Source: Candidatus Multivorans sp.
GTDB taxonomy: Bacteria; Acidobacteriota; Thermoanaerobaculia; Multivoradales; Multivoraceae
Direction: 5' to 3'
Length of the DNA: 64,000 nucleotides
Assembly: GCA_965247095.1 (NCBI GenBank)
Contig: OZ251997.1
Span: 2,336,001-2,400,000 of the forward strand
Part shown: positions 1-11,844 of the stretch, piece by piece
Layout of the letters: the number at the start of each line of letters is the position of its first letter
Position numbering within the stretch: position 1 is the first letter of the stretch
Position numbers and translations under genes: made by a program
The notes under the pieces: generated by a model
What the model saw: the letters and a program-made list of their open reading frames with translations, nothing else
The model's database searches: none
Told to the model about the DNA's origin: nothing

Positions 1-1
1 C

Positions 2-844
2 TGGATCAACGATCCGGCCGGTTTCGACCCCAACGGCTGGTTCTACAACACGACGTTCTCGAGCGAGCCGAGCACGATCGCGCCGGACCTCGAGCCCACC
101 TATGCCGACGAGTGGATCGTCGGCATCGAGCGGGAGTTGACCCGTCGCACGTCCATCGGACTGACCTACGTCAACAAGGAGACCCTCGACATCTTCGAAG
201 ACACCTGCAACGGCAACCTGCCGACGCCCGCGGCCGGCGCCGACTGCGACTACTACGTCATGGCCAACCTGCCCGGACTGACGCGGGACTACAGCGGCTT
301 CATCCTCGACTTCGAGTCGCGGTTCGCGGACTGGATTCACATCCTCGCCTCGTACACCCACTCGGAGTCCGAAGGCAACGTCGCCTACACGCAGAACGCC
401 GGCGTCGACTTCGACATCTACCCGGACCACTTCGACAACAGCTACGGCTACCTGGGAGATCACCGCAAGCACCGCTTCAAGGCGAACGGCTACGTCGATC
501 TGCCGCTCGACTTCACGCTGGGCTTCGAGGCCTTCTGGTCGTCGCCGGGGGTCTACACCGCGACCGAAGCGTCCGAAATCTATGGACGCATCTTCACGGA
601 ACGTCGCGGGAGCCGGAGAATCAACGACAACTACGGGCTCCACCTACAGGCGGCAAAGGGCTTCACCTTCGGACGCGATCTGCGCTTCGAGTTGATCGCG
701 AGTGTCTTCAACGCACTCGACGATGAGCAGGTTGGGACCGTCTGCACGCGCGTCGAGGGTTGCGCCGGCGGCCTGGACCTGGACGCAGCGGCGACCTACG
801 GCCAGCCGCGACGCTACGAAGCCGGCGTCCGCTTCGAGTTCTAG
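2..844 (+). CDS. TonB-dependent receptor (Oar-like), C-terminal part; 5' end outside window
   Basis: Open frame from position 2; amphipathic beta-strand pattern; VFNALD motif; ends ...GQPRRYEAGVRFEF with the terminal Phe typical of outer-membrane barrels. Confidence 0.85.
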   Translation, partial: WINDPAGFDPNGWFYNTTFSSEPSTIAPDLEPTYADEWIVGIERELTRRTSIGLTYVNKETLDIFEDTCNGNLPTPAAGADCDYYVMANLPGLTRDYSGFILDFESRFADWIHILASYTHSESEGNVAYTQNAGVDFDIYPDHFDNSYGYLGDHRKHRFKANGYVDLPLDFTLGFEAFWSSPGVYTATEASEIYGRIFTERRGSRRINDNYGLHLQAAKGFTFGRDLRFELIASVFNALDDEQVGTVCTRVEGCAGGLDLDAAATYGQPRRYEAGVRFEF

Positions 845-937
845 GGGGGGGCCTGCGCTACCGAACGCCACATGGGCCGAACTCCGAGCCCGCGAGGCCT
901 TCGGCGGCGCTAACCGCCCCGCCCCCAACGGGAACGG

Positions 938-970
938 CCCGGCGTCTCACCAGTTGAGACGCCGGGTTTC
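938..970 (+). terminator. Putative intrinsic terminator
   Basis: CCCGGCGTCTCA-ccagt-TGAGACGCCGGG 12-bp stem followed by TTTC, downstream of the receptor gene. Confidence 0.6.
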
Positions 971-1051
971 CCGCTGCGGGTAAACGATTCGGTGGCTTGC
1001 AACGTAAGAGCTATTGACCACACAGGCCCCAGAGGGAGGTCCGCTCTACCG

Positions 1052-2740
1052 ATGCTGAAGTACGCAACAACGATCCTGCTCCTCGCGTGGCCCGCCTACG
1101 CCCTGGCCCAGCAACCCGACCCGCCGCGCACCGAGTTCGCGGATCAACTCGATGTCCGGCTCGTCCACGTGGACGTCCGGGTCGAACGCAGGGGAAAGCC
1201 GGTCACCGATCTCGGGGTTGAGGACTTCCTCCTGCTGGAGGACGGCGAGCCCGTGGAGATCGCCGTGTTCTCGCCTCCGGAACCCGCAGGCGCCAACCGC
1301 GATTCCGCCGGGCAGGCGGGCGAAACCGGCGCGAAGGCCCCCGCTGACACGGCCGCCGCTTCAGCAACCGAAGCTCCCGCCGACGACCTCCCCACGGTCG
1401 CCGTATTCGTCGATGATGTCGGCCTGGGACCGGGCCAGCGAAGGCGGGCCGTGCAGACGATCGAGGCGCTGTCCGACCCCGCCAACCCGAACAGCGACAA
1501 CCTGGTGGTCTTCCGGCACTTCCGGCGCGGACGCCTGACCCTTCAGCGGGCGGTGGACGCGGCATTCGACCCCGCGGACTTCCGGGAGTTGAACAAAGCC
1601 GTCGCGGTGCGGGAACAGCAGGGCGTTTTCTTCGCCATGCGCGAGATCCAGAGTTCGCTTGCCCACTCCAGTTGCATCGACGCCAGGGGGCAACTCCTCG
1701 GCGTGGCCGACGACTACGCCGCGAACGCCTACGCCACGACCGGAATGCGCGCCCAGTTGCTCGGCGATGCGATCGAGTATCTGGGCGCCTTGCCGGGACG
1801 CAAGCTCCTGGTCGTGCTCGCCGGACGTCTCGAACTCCAGCCGGGCGTCGCGATTCTCGAGCACCTCCAGGACCTCTGCCCCGACCTGTCGAGCGAGCTG
1901 AGCAGCCGCATCCTGAGCGCCCAGAACTCGGCGAACACGCTGCACCGCGTAGCGGGTCTGGCGAACTCGCATCGGGTGACCCTGATGACGGTAGACGCCA
2001 GGGGCATCAGCGCGCCGTCCCAAGCCAACGCGGCCCTGGATTCGCCGCGCTTCGGCGGCAGTCAACTGAACCAGATGATCACGGATGCCAACCTGCAGTC
2101 CGGTCTCACGCAGCTCGCAACGGAGACCGGGGGCAGCACGATCTTCAACGCGAACAACGTGGTCAAGCCCGTGCTCCGATCTCTGGAGGAAGCGGAGGCG
2201 GTCTACACGCTGGCCTTCTACCCCCAGCACGAGCGGACCGGGGAGCGGCACGTTCTGGAGGTTCGCCTGGTCGGGGATGCGCGGCGGAGAACCAGACTGA
2301 GCTACCGCCGCAGCTACATGGATCGAACGATGCAGCAGGAATGGGCAGACGGTCTGCGCACCGCGGCCCGGGCACCGGAGCTACGCCCGGAGTCGAGTCT
2401 CCCCAACCCTCTCGGCGCGCAGCTCGCCGTCACTGCGGACGCGGACGGGCTTGTGGCCATCCTGAGCCTCGACGCCGACGCTGTAGCGACACTGATGAGT
2501 CTCTCCAATCAGAGCGAACGGCGGCTCCGGCTCTGGCTCTACGTCGTCGATCCCGAAGGCCGGGAAACCGCGGCTCGCGAGGGGTTCCTCCCGGCGCCAG
2601 TCGATCCCGGTCCCTGGCAGGCCAACATCCGCCTGGCCCTGCCGGCCGGCGAGTGGACCGTCGCCGCAGGCCTCCGCGACGAAGTGACCGGAGAGATCAG
2701 TCTGCTGCGCGACACGCCTCCGAACGCGCCGTCGCTGTAG
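1052..2740 (+). CDS. Secreted VWA-domain protein (acidobacterial VWFA-related type)
   Basis: GGGAGGT RBS; signal peptide MLKYATTILLLAWPAYALA; V-x-V-D-V-R-V...GKPVTDL...DF...EDG; LPGRKLLVVL; LATETGG; YTLAFYP. Confidence 0.8.
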   Translation: MLKYATTILLLAWPAYALAQQPDPPRTEFADQLDVRLVHVDVRVERRGKPVTDLGVEDFLLLEDGEPVEIAVFSPPEPAGANRDSAGQAGETGAKAPADTAAASATEAPADDLPTVAVFVDDVGLGPGQRRRAVQTIEALSDPANPNSDNLVVFRHFRRGRLTLQRAVDAAFDPADFRELNKAVAVREQQGVFFAMREIQSSLAHSSCIDARGQLLGVADDYAANAYATTGMRAQLLGDAIEYLGALPGRKLLVVLAGRLELQPGVAILEHLQDLCPDLSSELSSRILSAQNSANTLHRVAGLANSHRVTLMTVDARGISAPSQANAALDSPRFGGSQLNQMITDANLQSGLTQLATETGGSTIFNANNVVKPVLRSLEEAEAVYTLAFYPQHERTGERHVLEVRLVGDARRRTRLSYRRSYMDRTMQQEWADGLRTAARAPELRPESSLPNPLGAQLAVTADADGLVAILSLDADAVATLMSLSNQSERRLRLWLYVVDPEGRETAAREGFLPAPVDPGPWQANIRLALPAGEWTVAAGLRDEVTGEISLLRDTPPNAPSL

Positions 2741-2777
2741 CTGAGCCAGGCGACCCGGCGGGATCGGCGCTCGAACC

Positions 2778-3317
2778 TCAGCCGACCTCTACAGCAGACG
2801 ACCCGTATAGCTCACGTAGCCGGCCGGCATCGCCTTCGCTCAGGCCGTGGACCCTCAGCAGCACGCGGCCCTCGGCGACGTGATGGTCGAGGTCTGACGG
2901 CCGACCGCGGCCACTCCGGATTGCCCGGCCCGGCAGCAGCCCACCTTCCCAGAGCACCCGCAGCACGGTCATGACAATCAGTCCCAGGGCCGTGCCCTCG
3001 TAGGTGACCACACCGACCGGCGGGCCGGCGACGATCGACATGCCGCCGGTCGGCAGCGGGTAGGCGAGGGCCGTCCCGGCCGCCAGGCCGAAGGCGGCCA
3101 GACCACCGAGGACGGCACCGGCCAGGGCGAACAGGAGGACCCGGGACTTCGGCTTCGGCAGCGGCAGTTCGTCGTCTTCAAGCGGCACGGGGCTGCGCAC
3201 CTCGATCCGGGAAGCCGCGACGCCCGACTCGAGCGCCGCCTCGACCGCCGCCCGCAGGTCCGCGACACGCTCGAACACGGCCTCCACCAGATGGCGGTCA
3301 CTGGCCGCCGCCATCAC
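2778..3317 (-). CDS. actD: ActD-like (DUF3341) membrane subunit of alternative complex III
   Basis: IEVRSPVP motif, two TM helices, YPLPTGG...VVTYE; directly after the NrfD-family gene. Confidence 0.75.
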   Translation of the reverse strand: MMAAASDRHLVEAVFERVADLRAAVEAALESGVAASRIEVRSPVPLEDDELPLPKPKSRVLLFALAGAVLGGLAAFGLAAGTALAYPLPTGGMSIVAGPPVGVVTYEGTALGLIVMTVLRVLWEGGLLPGRAIRSGRGRPSDLDHHVAEGRVLLRVHGLSEGDAGRLRELYGSSAVEVG

Positions 3318-4704
3318 GCCGCCCCTCCGCCTGGAACCGGCGCCGCCGACCCGGTCGCCGCGGCGCCCGAGGTCGCCGGCACGCTCTCCTCACCCGCCGC
3401 GTGCCGCCAGCCCTGGCGCATCTCCCACACGGAGACGATCGGCAGCAATTGGGTGAACGTGAAGTAGAGGCAGGCGAAGACGCCGATCGCGCCGATCATG
3501 ATGCCGAACTCCACCCAGCTCGGCATGTAGTCGCCGATGCTGTAGGCCAGCCGAGGCGTGGACAGGGACGGCACAACGATCAGGAACCGCTCGAGCCACA
3601 TGCCGACCAGCACCCCGACGCCGACCAGAGCGGTCGGCAACGGGCGCCGTCCGCGCGGGAAGGACAGCACGGCCACCGGGATCACCAGGTTCACCGTCAC
3701 CATGGTCCAGAACGGCACCGCGAAGCCGCCGTGCAACAGGGTGTGGTGGACCATCTTCTCCGGGAGGTCACCGCTGTACCAGACCGTCAGGTGCTCGGCG
3801 AAGGTGAAGTAACCCCAGACCAGGGACATGGTCAGGAACAGCAGCCCCAGGTTGTTGAACACGCGATGGGTCAGGAAGCGCTCGAGCCGCAGGCCGCGGC
3901 GGAGCAGCGCCATCGCCACCATCAACACGCCGATCCCCGAGAAGATCGCGCCGACGACGAAGTAGGGCCCGAAGATCGTGCTCTTCCAGCCCGGCGTCCG
4001 GGTCATCGCGAAGTCCCAGGACACGATCGTGTGCACCGAGACCGCGACCGGAATGATCGCCACCGCCAGGATGCGGATCCCCCACTCCAGGCTGTGCCAC
4101 TGCTGCGCGGTGCCGCGCCAGCCGAGCGCGAGGACCGCATAGAAGCGCTTCCTGAGGCCCGCCGCCGCGCGGTCCCGCATCACGGCCGCATCCGGAATCA
4201 ACGGCAGGAACAGGTAGAGCGCGCTGCCGACGATGTAGGTCGTGATGGCGGCGACGTCCCAGACCAGGGGCGAGCGGAAGTTGGGCCACAGCATCCGGCT
4301 GTTGGGGTAGGGGATCATGTAGTAGAAGATCGTCACCCGGCCGAGGTGAATCAGCGGGAACAGGCCGCCGATCGCGAGCGCGAACAGCGTGATCGCCTCC
4401 GCCGAGCGGGTCACCGGCCGCCGCCACTCCGCCTTCGTCACCCGCAGGATCGCCGAGATCAGCGTGCCGGCGTGGCTGATGCCGATCCAGAAGACGAAAT
4501 TGATGATGTAGAAGCCCCAGAACACCGGCCGGTTGATGCCGGTGACGCCGATGCCGTTCGCGATCTGGTAGCCCCAGCAGTAGAGGAAGACCAGGACCAG
4601 GGCGCCGCTTGCGAGGGATCCCGCGAGCAGACCGGGACGGCGCCGGTCGAGGCGGCTCAGCAGCTCGCCGTCGAGGGCGGCGGCCGGGCGCTGGGGCCGA
4701 TCCG

Positions 4705-4708
<4 letters not shown>
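3314..4708 (-). CDS. actC: NrfD/ActC-family quinol-interacting membrane subunit
   Basis: WGFYIINFVFWIGISHAGTLISAILR, HLGR, NFRSPLVWD, SVHTIVSWDFA; GTG start overlaps the upstream TGA. Confidence 0.9.
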
Positions 4709-5402
<694 letters not shown>

Positions 5403-5406
<4 letters not shown>

Positions 5407-7799
5407 GCCTTCTCCTCACGGGTTGCCTGGACTGCCGGGCGGCGTGGACGTCCGAGCCGGCGCACGAAGCCCCGGTCCCCGTCGGTCTCCTGCTTCAGAG
5501 CGTGTGCCCCGCCGCTGTCGTGGGGCGCCCAGCCCACCGGAATGTCCTCGGCCTGCCGTAACCCGCGGCCATAGATCACCGGCCGCTCGCTGCGCTTGGG
5601 CCGGCGGAGCCTCTCGACCCGCACGTTGACGTTGCCGCGCGCGAACGCGGCCGCGCCCGTCACCCGGCGGTCCGCGTCGAACAGAGCGTTCACGTTGACG
5701 CCCCGGCCACGCGCGTAGCGGCCGTAGTCGGCGTGACCGCCGCCGACCGGCACGCCGATGCAGCCGGGCCGCACGGTCGGCAGCACGATCGCCGGGAGTT
5801 CGATGTCGGCCGCGGTTCCGGTCAACCGCACGATATCGCCGGTGCGGATGCCCAAGCGGTCCGCGTCGGCGGTCGCGATCTCGGCCCAGGACCCCCACAT
5901 CACGGTCGAGAGCGGGTCGGGAAGTTCCTGCAGCCAGGGACGGTTGGCGCCCCGTCCGTCGCCGAGCTTCAGCGATTCGAACGGGATCACCGTGAACGAT
6001 TCCACGCCCGCCGGAGCCGTGGGCGCCGCCTGCGCGGCGGGATCGGGCAGCCCCGGCGCCTCGTCCTCTCCGCCAGCCGGCGGCGCCGCCGCCGGAGCGC
6101 GGCGCATCTCTTCGCTTCCAAACAGGCCACCGGCATCGGTCGTCCTGCGCACGAACTGGCGCGCGTTCAGAGCGCCGGCGACCAGGGAGGCCGGCAACGC
6201 AGCCGGGCCGCTCCCGTTGCCGTCGGCGGCTTTCGTGGCCGCAAAGGCATCGCTCAGCGCGGCCTCGACCGCCTCCTGGAAGCCCGGCCAGGGCAGGTCA
6301 ATGCCGGCCGTCGCCGACAGGGCCAGGACCACATCGCCCGGATGCCGCGCTTCGCCCCGCGGCGCGACGGTCGGCGACGCGATGAGCAGCGCCGGCACGC
6401 CGCGAACCGAATCGGGTTCCACCGCCTGGAAGCGCTCCAGGTCGGTCTGGATCGGCAGCAGCAGGTCGGCTCGCAGTGTCGTGTCATCGAAGAAGGCGGA
6501 CAAGGCGATCACGGTGCCCGTACACTCGAAGGCGTCAGCCAGTCCTGGCATCGCATAGAGCGGATCGGCCTCCGAGACGACCAGTACTCCCCCGTCGCCC
6601 GCGGCTGCCAACCGGTCCGCCAAAGCGGCCGGCGCTACCGATGCCGCCGCGTCACCCGCCACCCGCTCCTCGAACCCGAAGTCCACACCGGCGAAGACAC
6701 CGCCATCGCGGCCCAACGCGCCCAGCAGCAAGTTGAGGGCGAGCGCGGCCCCGCCCGTGGCGACGCCGTTCTCGCCCTCGAGCGCCGATCCCCCGACCAT
6801 CGCCAGCGGTCGGCGGGCGCGGGAGAGTTCGGCGGCGAGGCGGTCGATCCGGTCGGCGTCGATGCCGCAACGCTCGGCGGTCGCCGCCAGATCGGGCGGC
6901 GCCTCCGGGTAGAGCGCTTCGTAAGCCTCTCGTGCCGCCTCCGGGACCGTACCGGTACCCAGCAGCAGCCCGGCCAGCCCGCGCGCGAACACGCCCTCGG
7001 TTCCCGGCCGTACCGGCAACCAGTCGTCCGCGTTGGCCGCGGTCAGCGAGTGCCGCGCCTCGACCTGCACTAGCTTCCCGTGTCGATCGGCCGTCAGTTC
7101 GGCGTAGGCGCCGGCAAAGTGGACCGGACTGCGCCAGCGGTCGAGGAAGGGCGCTCCGATGCTGAGAACATAGTCTGCGCGCGCCATGTCATAGGCAGGC
7201 CGCCAGGCCTCACCGAACGCGAGCCGGGCGGCCTCCCGTTCGACCACCGCATCGGCCGCCTGCCAGTGAACCGGCGGCGGCGCACCGACGGCGGCAGCAA
7301 ACCGACGCCACAAGCCCAGCAGCGGGCCTGAAGGCGCCCCCGAGACAACCGTCGTCGCGGCCGGCGCCGCCGCGATCGCCGACGCCGCGGCCTCCAGCGC
7401 CTCCTCCCAGGACACCGGCGCCAACTCGCCCGAAGCCGCCCGCCGCATCGGCGCCGTCACCCGGTCCGGGTGATACAGCTCCTGCAGGGCCGAGTGCCCG
7501 AGCGCGCAGACGCCGCCACGGTTGACGAAGCCGTCCGGCAGGCCTTCGATCTTCTTCGCCAGCCGGTCGACCGTCCGCACCTCGACCTCGCAGCCGGCGC
7601 CGCACTGCCCGCAGATCGACCGTCGCCAGACCGAGGCGCCAGGCAGCGCCGTGCTCCGCCGCACCGGCGACTCGATGAGTTCCTGATCCCGCCGCCGGCA
7701 CCCCTCGAGCACCGCCACGCCGGCCGCGGCGTAGACCTTGAAGAAGTCCCGCCGACCAATCGTGACCCGGGGTTCGCCGCGCTGCCCGCCGCCGCTCAT
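5403..7799 (-). CDS. Molybdopterin-oxidoreductase-fold subunit (ActB1/QrcB-like), Tat-exported
   Basis: GRRDFFK Tat motif, CGQCGAGC...C, LQELYHPDR, ANADDW, NRPWLQELPDP. Confidence 0.88.
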
Positions 7800-7806
7800 C
7801 CCATCC

Positions 7807-8388
7807 TCACCGGTGGCAGGCCAGGCAGTCGTCGCTGGCTTCGTTGTCGCGGTGGCACTGGATGCACCACCCCATGTCGGCGACGTTGCGCACGGGCTCG
7901 GCAACCGTCATCGAGGCGACGTCGCCGTGGCAGGTCAGGCACTCGATGCCGGCGCGGGCGTGGGCGCGGTGGTTGAAATGAACCATCGCCTTGTCGGGGA
8001 TGACGTTCACCTTGGCCCACAAGATCGGCTCGCGGTTTTCGTTCGCGGCCATCACTTTCTGGACTTCGGGATGGTCGGGGATCTCCCGGCGGTGGCAGCC
8101 GGCGCAGGCCTGGACCGACGGCATGCCGGCGTGCACGCCCTCCTCCGCGCCGCGGTGGCACCGCGTGCATTCGAGCCCGGCCTCGATGTGGACCTGGTGG
8201 TTGTAGGCGATCGGCTGTTCCGGCGTCGGCAGGTTCTGGGTCGGGCCGCAGGCGAGGGCCAGCACGGCGACCAAGGCAAGAAAGCCGGGGTCTCCGGTCG
8301 GCGCGCAAGGATCAGAACCTGGGAACGCGGGCGTCTCGCCCGCATCCGGCCTTGCGCCGGATCTAGCACTGCAGCTTCCGGTCCTCAA
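7807..8388 (-). CDS. actA: Pentaheme cytochrome c (ActA/QrcA-like), lipoprotein; start uncertain (TTG)
   Basis: Five CxxCH motifs (CTRCH, CAGCH, CLTCH, CIQCH, CLACH), EQPIAYNHQVH, lipobox LALAC. Confidence 0.85.
   Translation of the reverse strand: MRTGSCSARSGARPDAGETPAFPGSDPCAPTGDPGFLALVAVLALACGPTQNLPTPEQPIAYNHQVHIEAGLECTRCHRGAEEGVHAGMPSVQACAGCHRREIPDHPEVQKVMAANENREPILWAKVNVIPDKAMVHFNHRAHARAGIECLTCHGDVASMTVAEPVRNVADMGWCIQCHRDNEASDDCLACHR
8318..8349. repeat. REP-like palindromic repeat, copy 1
   Basis: CCTGGGAACGCGGGCGTCTCGCCCGCATCCGG, identical to 15371-15402; core hairpin GCGGGC-N5-GCCCGC. Confidence 0.85.
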
Positions 8389-8390
8389 GC

Positions 8391-9002
8391 TCAGACTTCG
8401 CGAATCCGCTGGTAGGAGGGGACTTCCTGCAACCGTGTCCAGTAGCGCCGCACGTTCTCGCCGAAGTCGTCGATGCCGAGCGATGTCGCCAGGTGCAGCC
8501 CGTAGCCGACGCAGATGTCGGCGATCGTGAACCGGCCGCAGCACAGGAAGTCACGCCCGTCGGAGGTCGCCTTCTCGACCAGCCGCAACCGGCCCAGGAA
8601 CCACTTGCGGTAGTCCTCGGCGACCTGGGGAATCCGGCGTTCCTCGGGCTCGAGGCGCGTGTAGCGAAGGAACAACGTCTGCGGGAAGGTCAGCGTGGCG
8701 TCGCTGAAGAACAGCCAGTTCAGGAAGGCGCCGTACTCCGGGTCATCCACGTCGACGGCGATCGGGGTCGGACCGTAGCGGTCAACCAGGTATTTGGCCA
8801 TGCCCGAGGACTCCGTCATGTGGACATCGCCGTCGATCATGTACGGGACCGTGCCCAACACGTTGGTGCCCAGGTAGTCCTTCTTGAACACCCGCGGCGG
8901 AAAGGGCAGCACGTGCAGCTCGTAGTCGATGCCCATCTCCTCCAACGTCCACACCGGACGGAGCGAGCGGGCGCCCTTGCAGTGGTAAAGCTGAATCGTC
9001 AC
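8391..9002 (-). CDS. Glutathione S-transferase family protein
   Basis: RSLRPVWTLEEMG, GTVP, MTESSG, FTIADIC; GTG overlaps the hydratase stop. Confidence 0.9.
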   Translation of the reverse strand: MTIQLYHCKGARSLRPVWTLEEMGIDYELHVLPFPPRVFKKDYLGTNVLGTVPYMIDGDVHMTESSGMAKYLVDRYGPTPIAVDVDDPEYGAFLNWLFFSDATLTFPQTLFLRYTRLEPEERRIPQVAEDYRKWFLGRLRLVEKATSDGRDFLCCGRFTIADICVGYGLHLATSLGIDDFGENVRRYWTRLQEVPSYQRIREV

Positions 9003-9808
9003 GATGAATCTCCGGCGGCGCCGACGGCCGCTGCCCAACTCGGCTTGCGCTTCTCGCGGAAGGCGGCCATACCCTCCGCCGCCTCCTCGCCCTGGAACAT
9101 CCGACGGCTCCAGCCCTGGGTCAACTCGAACCCTTCGGCGAGCGAAATGTCCGGCACCGCCCGCACCAGCTTCTTGCACTCGACCACCGCGGTCGGGCCG
9201 CCCAGGTTGATCGCGTCGATCTCCTCCTGGACCACCGACCACAGGTCTTCGCGCGGCGCCGCCTTGTGGGCCAGGCCGTACTCCACCGCCTGGCGGCCGC
9301 TGAAGCGGTCACCGGTCAAGAACAACCTCATGCCGTGATGCGGCCCCAGCTTGCGCAGGCAGACAACGGCGATGATCGCCGGGATGACGCCGATCCGCAC
9401 TTCGCTGAAGCTGAACATCGCCTCCTCGGCGGCGATGACCAGGTCCGAGGCCGCGACCATGCCCAGGCCGCCAGCGAAGGCGTGGCCGTTCACCGCGGCG
9501 ATCACCGGTTTCTCGCCCTCCCAGATTGCGGTGAGCAGATCGGGATAGGGAACGACCCGATCCGACTCGCCCTCGCCGGGCTGCCGCTTCAGGTCGGCGC
9601 CCGAGCAGAAGCCCTTGCCGGCGCCGGTGATCACGATCGAGCGCACGTTGTCGTCGGCCTGGGCCGCCGCCAGGTGGTCGTAGACCTCCGTGATCAGGCC
9701 GGGCGACAGCGCGTTCCGCCGCTCCGGACGGTTGAGCGTGATTCGGGCCGCCCCGGATCGGACCTCGTAAAGCGTGTAGTCGGTCCCCGGCTGGTTCGAC
9801 ATGCCCAT
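8999..9808 (-). CDS. Enoyl-CoA hydratase (LiuC/AtuE-like glutaconyl-CoA hydratase)
   Basis: LNRPERRNAL, FCSGADL, AFAGGLG, FSEVRIG; GGAGGAGG RBS. Confidence 0.88.
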   Translation of the reverse strand: MGMSNQPGTDYTLYEVRSGAARITLNRPERRNALSPGLITEVYDHLAAAQADDNVRSIVITGAGKGFCSGADLKRQPGEGESDRVVPYPDLLTAIWEGEKPVIAAVNGHAFAGGLGMVAASDLVIAAEEAMFSFSEVRIGVIPAIIAVVCLRKLGPHHGMRLFLTGDRFSGRQAVEYGLAHKAAPREDLWSVVQEEIDAINLGGPTAVVECKKLVRAVPDISLAEGFELTQGWSRRMFQGEEAAEGMAAFREKRKPSWAAAVGAAGDSS

Positions 9809-9833
9809 CCTCCTCCCGGCAACCCTCGGGCTG

Positions 9834-11837
9834 CTACGCCGTGTCCTCGTCGATGACCACCAGCAGCTCGCCGTTCCCCACCTGTTCGCCCTCGGCGACG
9901 CGGAACTCCGAGACCGTGCCTGCTTCCGGCGCCGTCACCCGGTGCTCCATCTTCATCGCCTCCAGCACCAGGAGGAGCTGTCCCGACTCCACAGGGTCGC
10001 CGACCGCGGCGTGGGTCGAGATCACCTTGCCCGGCATCGGCGCGGTCAGGCCGCCGGCGACCGCTTCGAGCCCGGCCACCGGGAACCGCGGCAACTCGCG
10101 CAGTTCGACATCGCCCTCCGGGCCGTGGACCAGCCAGCGGTCGCCGTCCTGCGTCACCGTCGCCCGCAGTCTGCGGCCGTCGATCACGAGCTCGACGCCG
10201 TCGGTGGTGCGCCGCCGGAGCGCGACCGTGTGCCGGCTCGGCTCGGCGTCTCCGCACGTGGCGTGGGTGTCGAACCCGCCGTCGCGCTGAATGCGGTACT
10301 CGATTCGGAGGGTGTCGCCGCCGGCGGGCGCGAACTCGACCCGCTCGTAGGGCATCACCGTGTTGCGCCAACCGCTCACGATCGTCGGGTGGATGCGCGC
10401 CACTTGCCTGCGGTCCTGCTGGGCTGCCATCGCCGCGGCGATTCCGGCCGACACCAACTCCGCCGCGTCCGGGGAACGCTCCGTCTGCGGCGCCACACGA
10501 TCGATGAAGTCCGTCGTCGTGTCGCCGGAAAGAAACTCGGGCGACCGCAGCGTCGCCACCAGGAAGTCCCGGTTGGTCCGAATGCCCTGGACCCTCGTCG
10601 TCTCGAGCACCCGCGCCAGGCGAAGTGCGGCCTCGCGCCGAGTGGCCGCGCCGACGATCACCTTCGCCAGCATCGGATCGAACTCGATCCCGACATCGCT
10701 GCCGGTCTCGATGCCGGAGTCGAAGCGCGCCTTCATCGCCATCGCCGGCTGCCAGAACTGAACCCGTCCGGTCTGGGGCAGGAAGTCGTTCGCCGGATCC
10801 TCGGCGTAGAGCCGGGCCTCGATCGCGTGGCCGCGGATCGCCAGGTCCTCCTGCCCGAACCCGAGCAGCTCGCCCTGCGCCATCCGGAGCTGCTCCCGCA
10901 CCAGATCGAGGCCCGTGATCTCCTCGGTCACCGGGTGCTCCACCTGCAACCGGGTGTTCACCTCGAGGAACCAGAAGTCGGTCGGGGTGGCGCCGTCCGC
11001 CGGCTGCTCCACCAGGAACTCCACCGTCCCGGCCGAGCTGTAGCCGATCGCCTTGCCGGCAGCGACCGCGGCCGCGCCCATGCGGGCCCGCAGGTCGTCG
11101 CTGAGGACCGGCGACGGCGCCTCCTCGATGATCTTCTGGTGGCGGCGCTGGATCGAGCATTCGCGCTCGAAGCAGTGGACGAGATTGCCGTGCAGATCGC
11201 CCAGCAACTGGATCTCGACGTGCCGCGAGGACGCCAGCCAGCGCTCCAGGAAGACGGTGCCGTCACCGAACGCGGCCTCCGCCTCGCGGCGCGCGCCTTC
11301 GACCGCGGCGGCAAGTTCCTCCTCCGACTCGACGACCCGCATGCCGCGGCCGCCGCCGCCGGCCGCCGCCTTGACCAGGGCCGGGAAGCCGACCTCGGCC
11401 GCCGCCGCGGCGAGATCCGCGCCGTCGGCAAGCTCGACCGCCTCAAGCGTCGGCACATTCGCCTCGCGCATCAACCGTTTGGCCGAGAGCTTGTCGCCCA
11501 TCGCGCCGATCGCATCGGACGACGGGCCCACCCAGACCAGGCCGGCGCCGGTCACCGCGCGGGCAAAGTTCGCGTTCTCGGACAGGAAGCCGTAGCCGGG
11601 ATGGACCGCGTCGGCGCCCGTGCGGGCGGCCGCGGCCAGCACCTTCTCCATGTCCAGATAGGTCTCCGCCGACGACCGGCCCTCGAGCGCTACGCCAACG
11701 TCCGCCTCGGCCACGAACGGGGCGTCGGCATCGCCGTCGGCGTAGACGGCCACCGTCGCGATCCCCATGTCGCGCGCCGAGCGGAAGATCCGCCGCGCGA
11801 TCTCGCCGCGGTTGGCGACCAGGAGCCGGGTGATCAA
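9834..11837 (-). CDS. Acyl-CoA carboxylase alpha subunit (biotin carboxylase + biotin carrier; AtuF/LiuD-like)
   Basis: LVANRGEIA, HPGYGFLSEN, ERECSIQRRHQK, EVNTRLQVEHPVTE, EAMKME. Confidence 0.95.
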   Translation of the reverse strand: MITRLLVANRGEIARRIFRSARDMGIATVAVYADGDADAPFVAEADVGVALEGRSSAETYLDMEKVLAAAARTGADAVHPGYGFLSENANFARAVTGAGLVWVGPSSDAIGAMGDKLSAKRLMREANVPTLEAVELADGADLAAAAAEVGFPALVKAAAGGGGRGMRVVESEEELAAAVEGARREAEAAFGDGTVFLERWLASSRHVEIQLLGDLHGNLVHCFERECSIQRRHQKIIEEAPSPVLSDDLRARMGAAAVAAGKAIGYSSAGTVEFLVEQPADGATPTDFWFLEVNTRLQVEHPVTEEITGLDLVREQLRMAQGELLGFGQEDLAIRGHAIEARLYAEDPANDFLPQTGRVQFWQPAMAMKARFDSGIETGSDVGIEFDPMLAKVIVGAATRREAALRLARVLETTRVQGIRTNRDFLVATLRSPEFLSGDTTTDFIDRVAPQTERSPDAAELVSAGIAAAMAAQQDRRQVARIHPTIVSGWRNTVMPYERVEFAPAGGDTLRIEYRIQRDGGFDTHATCGDAEPSRHTVALRRRTTDGVELVIDGRRLRATVTQDGDRWLVHGPEGDVELRELPRFPVAGLEAVAGGLTAPMPGKVISTHAAVGDPVESGQLLLVLEAMKMEHRVTAPEAGTVSEFRVAEGEQVGNGELLVVIDEDTA

Positions 11838-11844
11838 TGCCCCG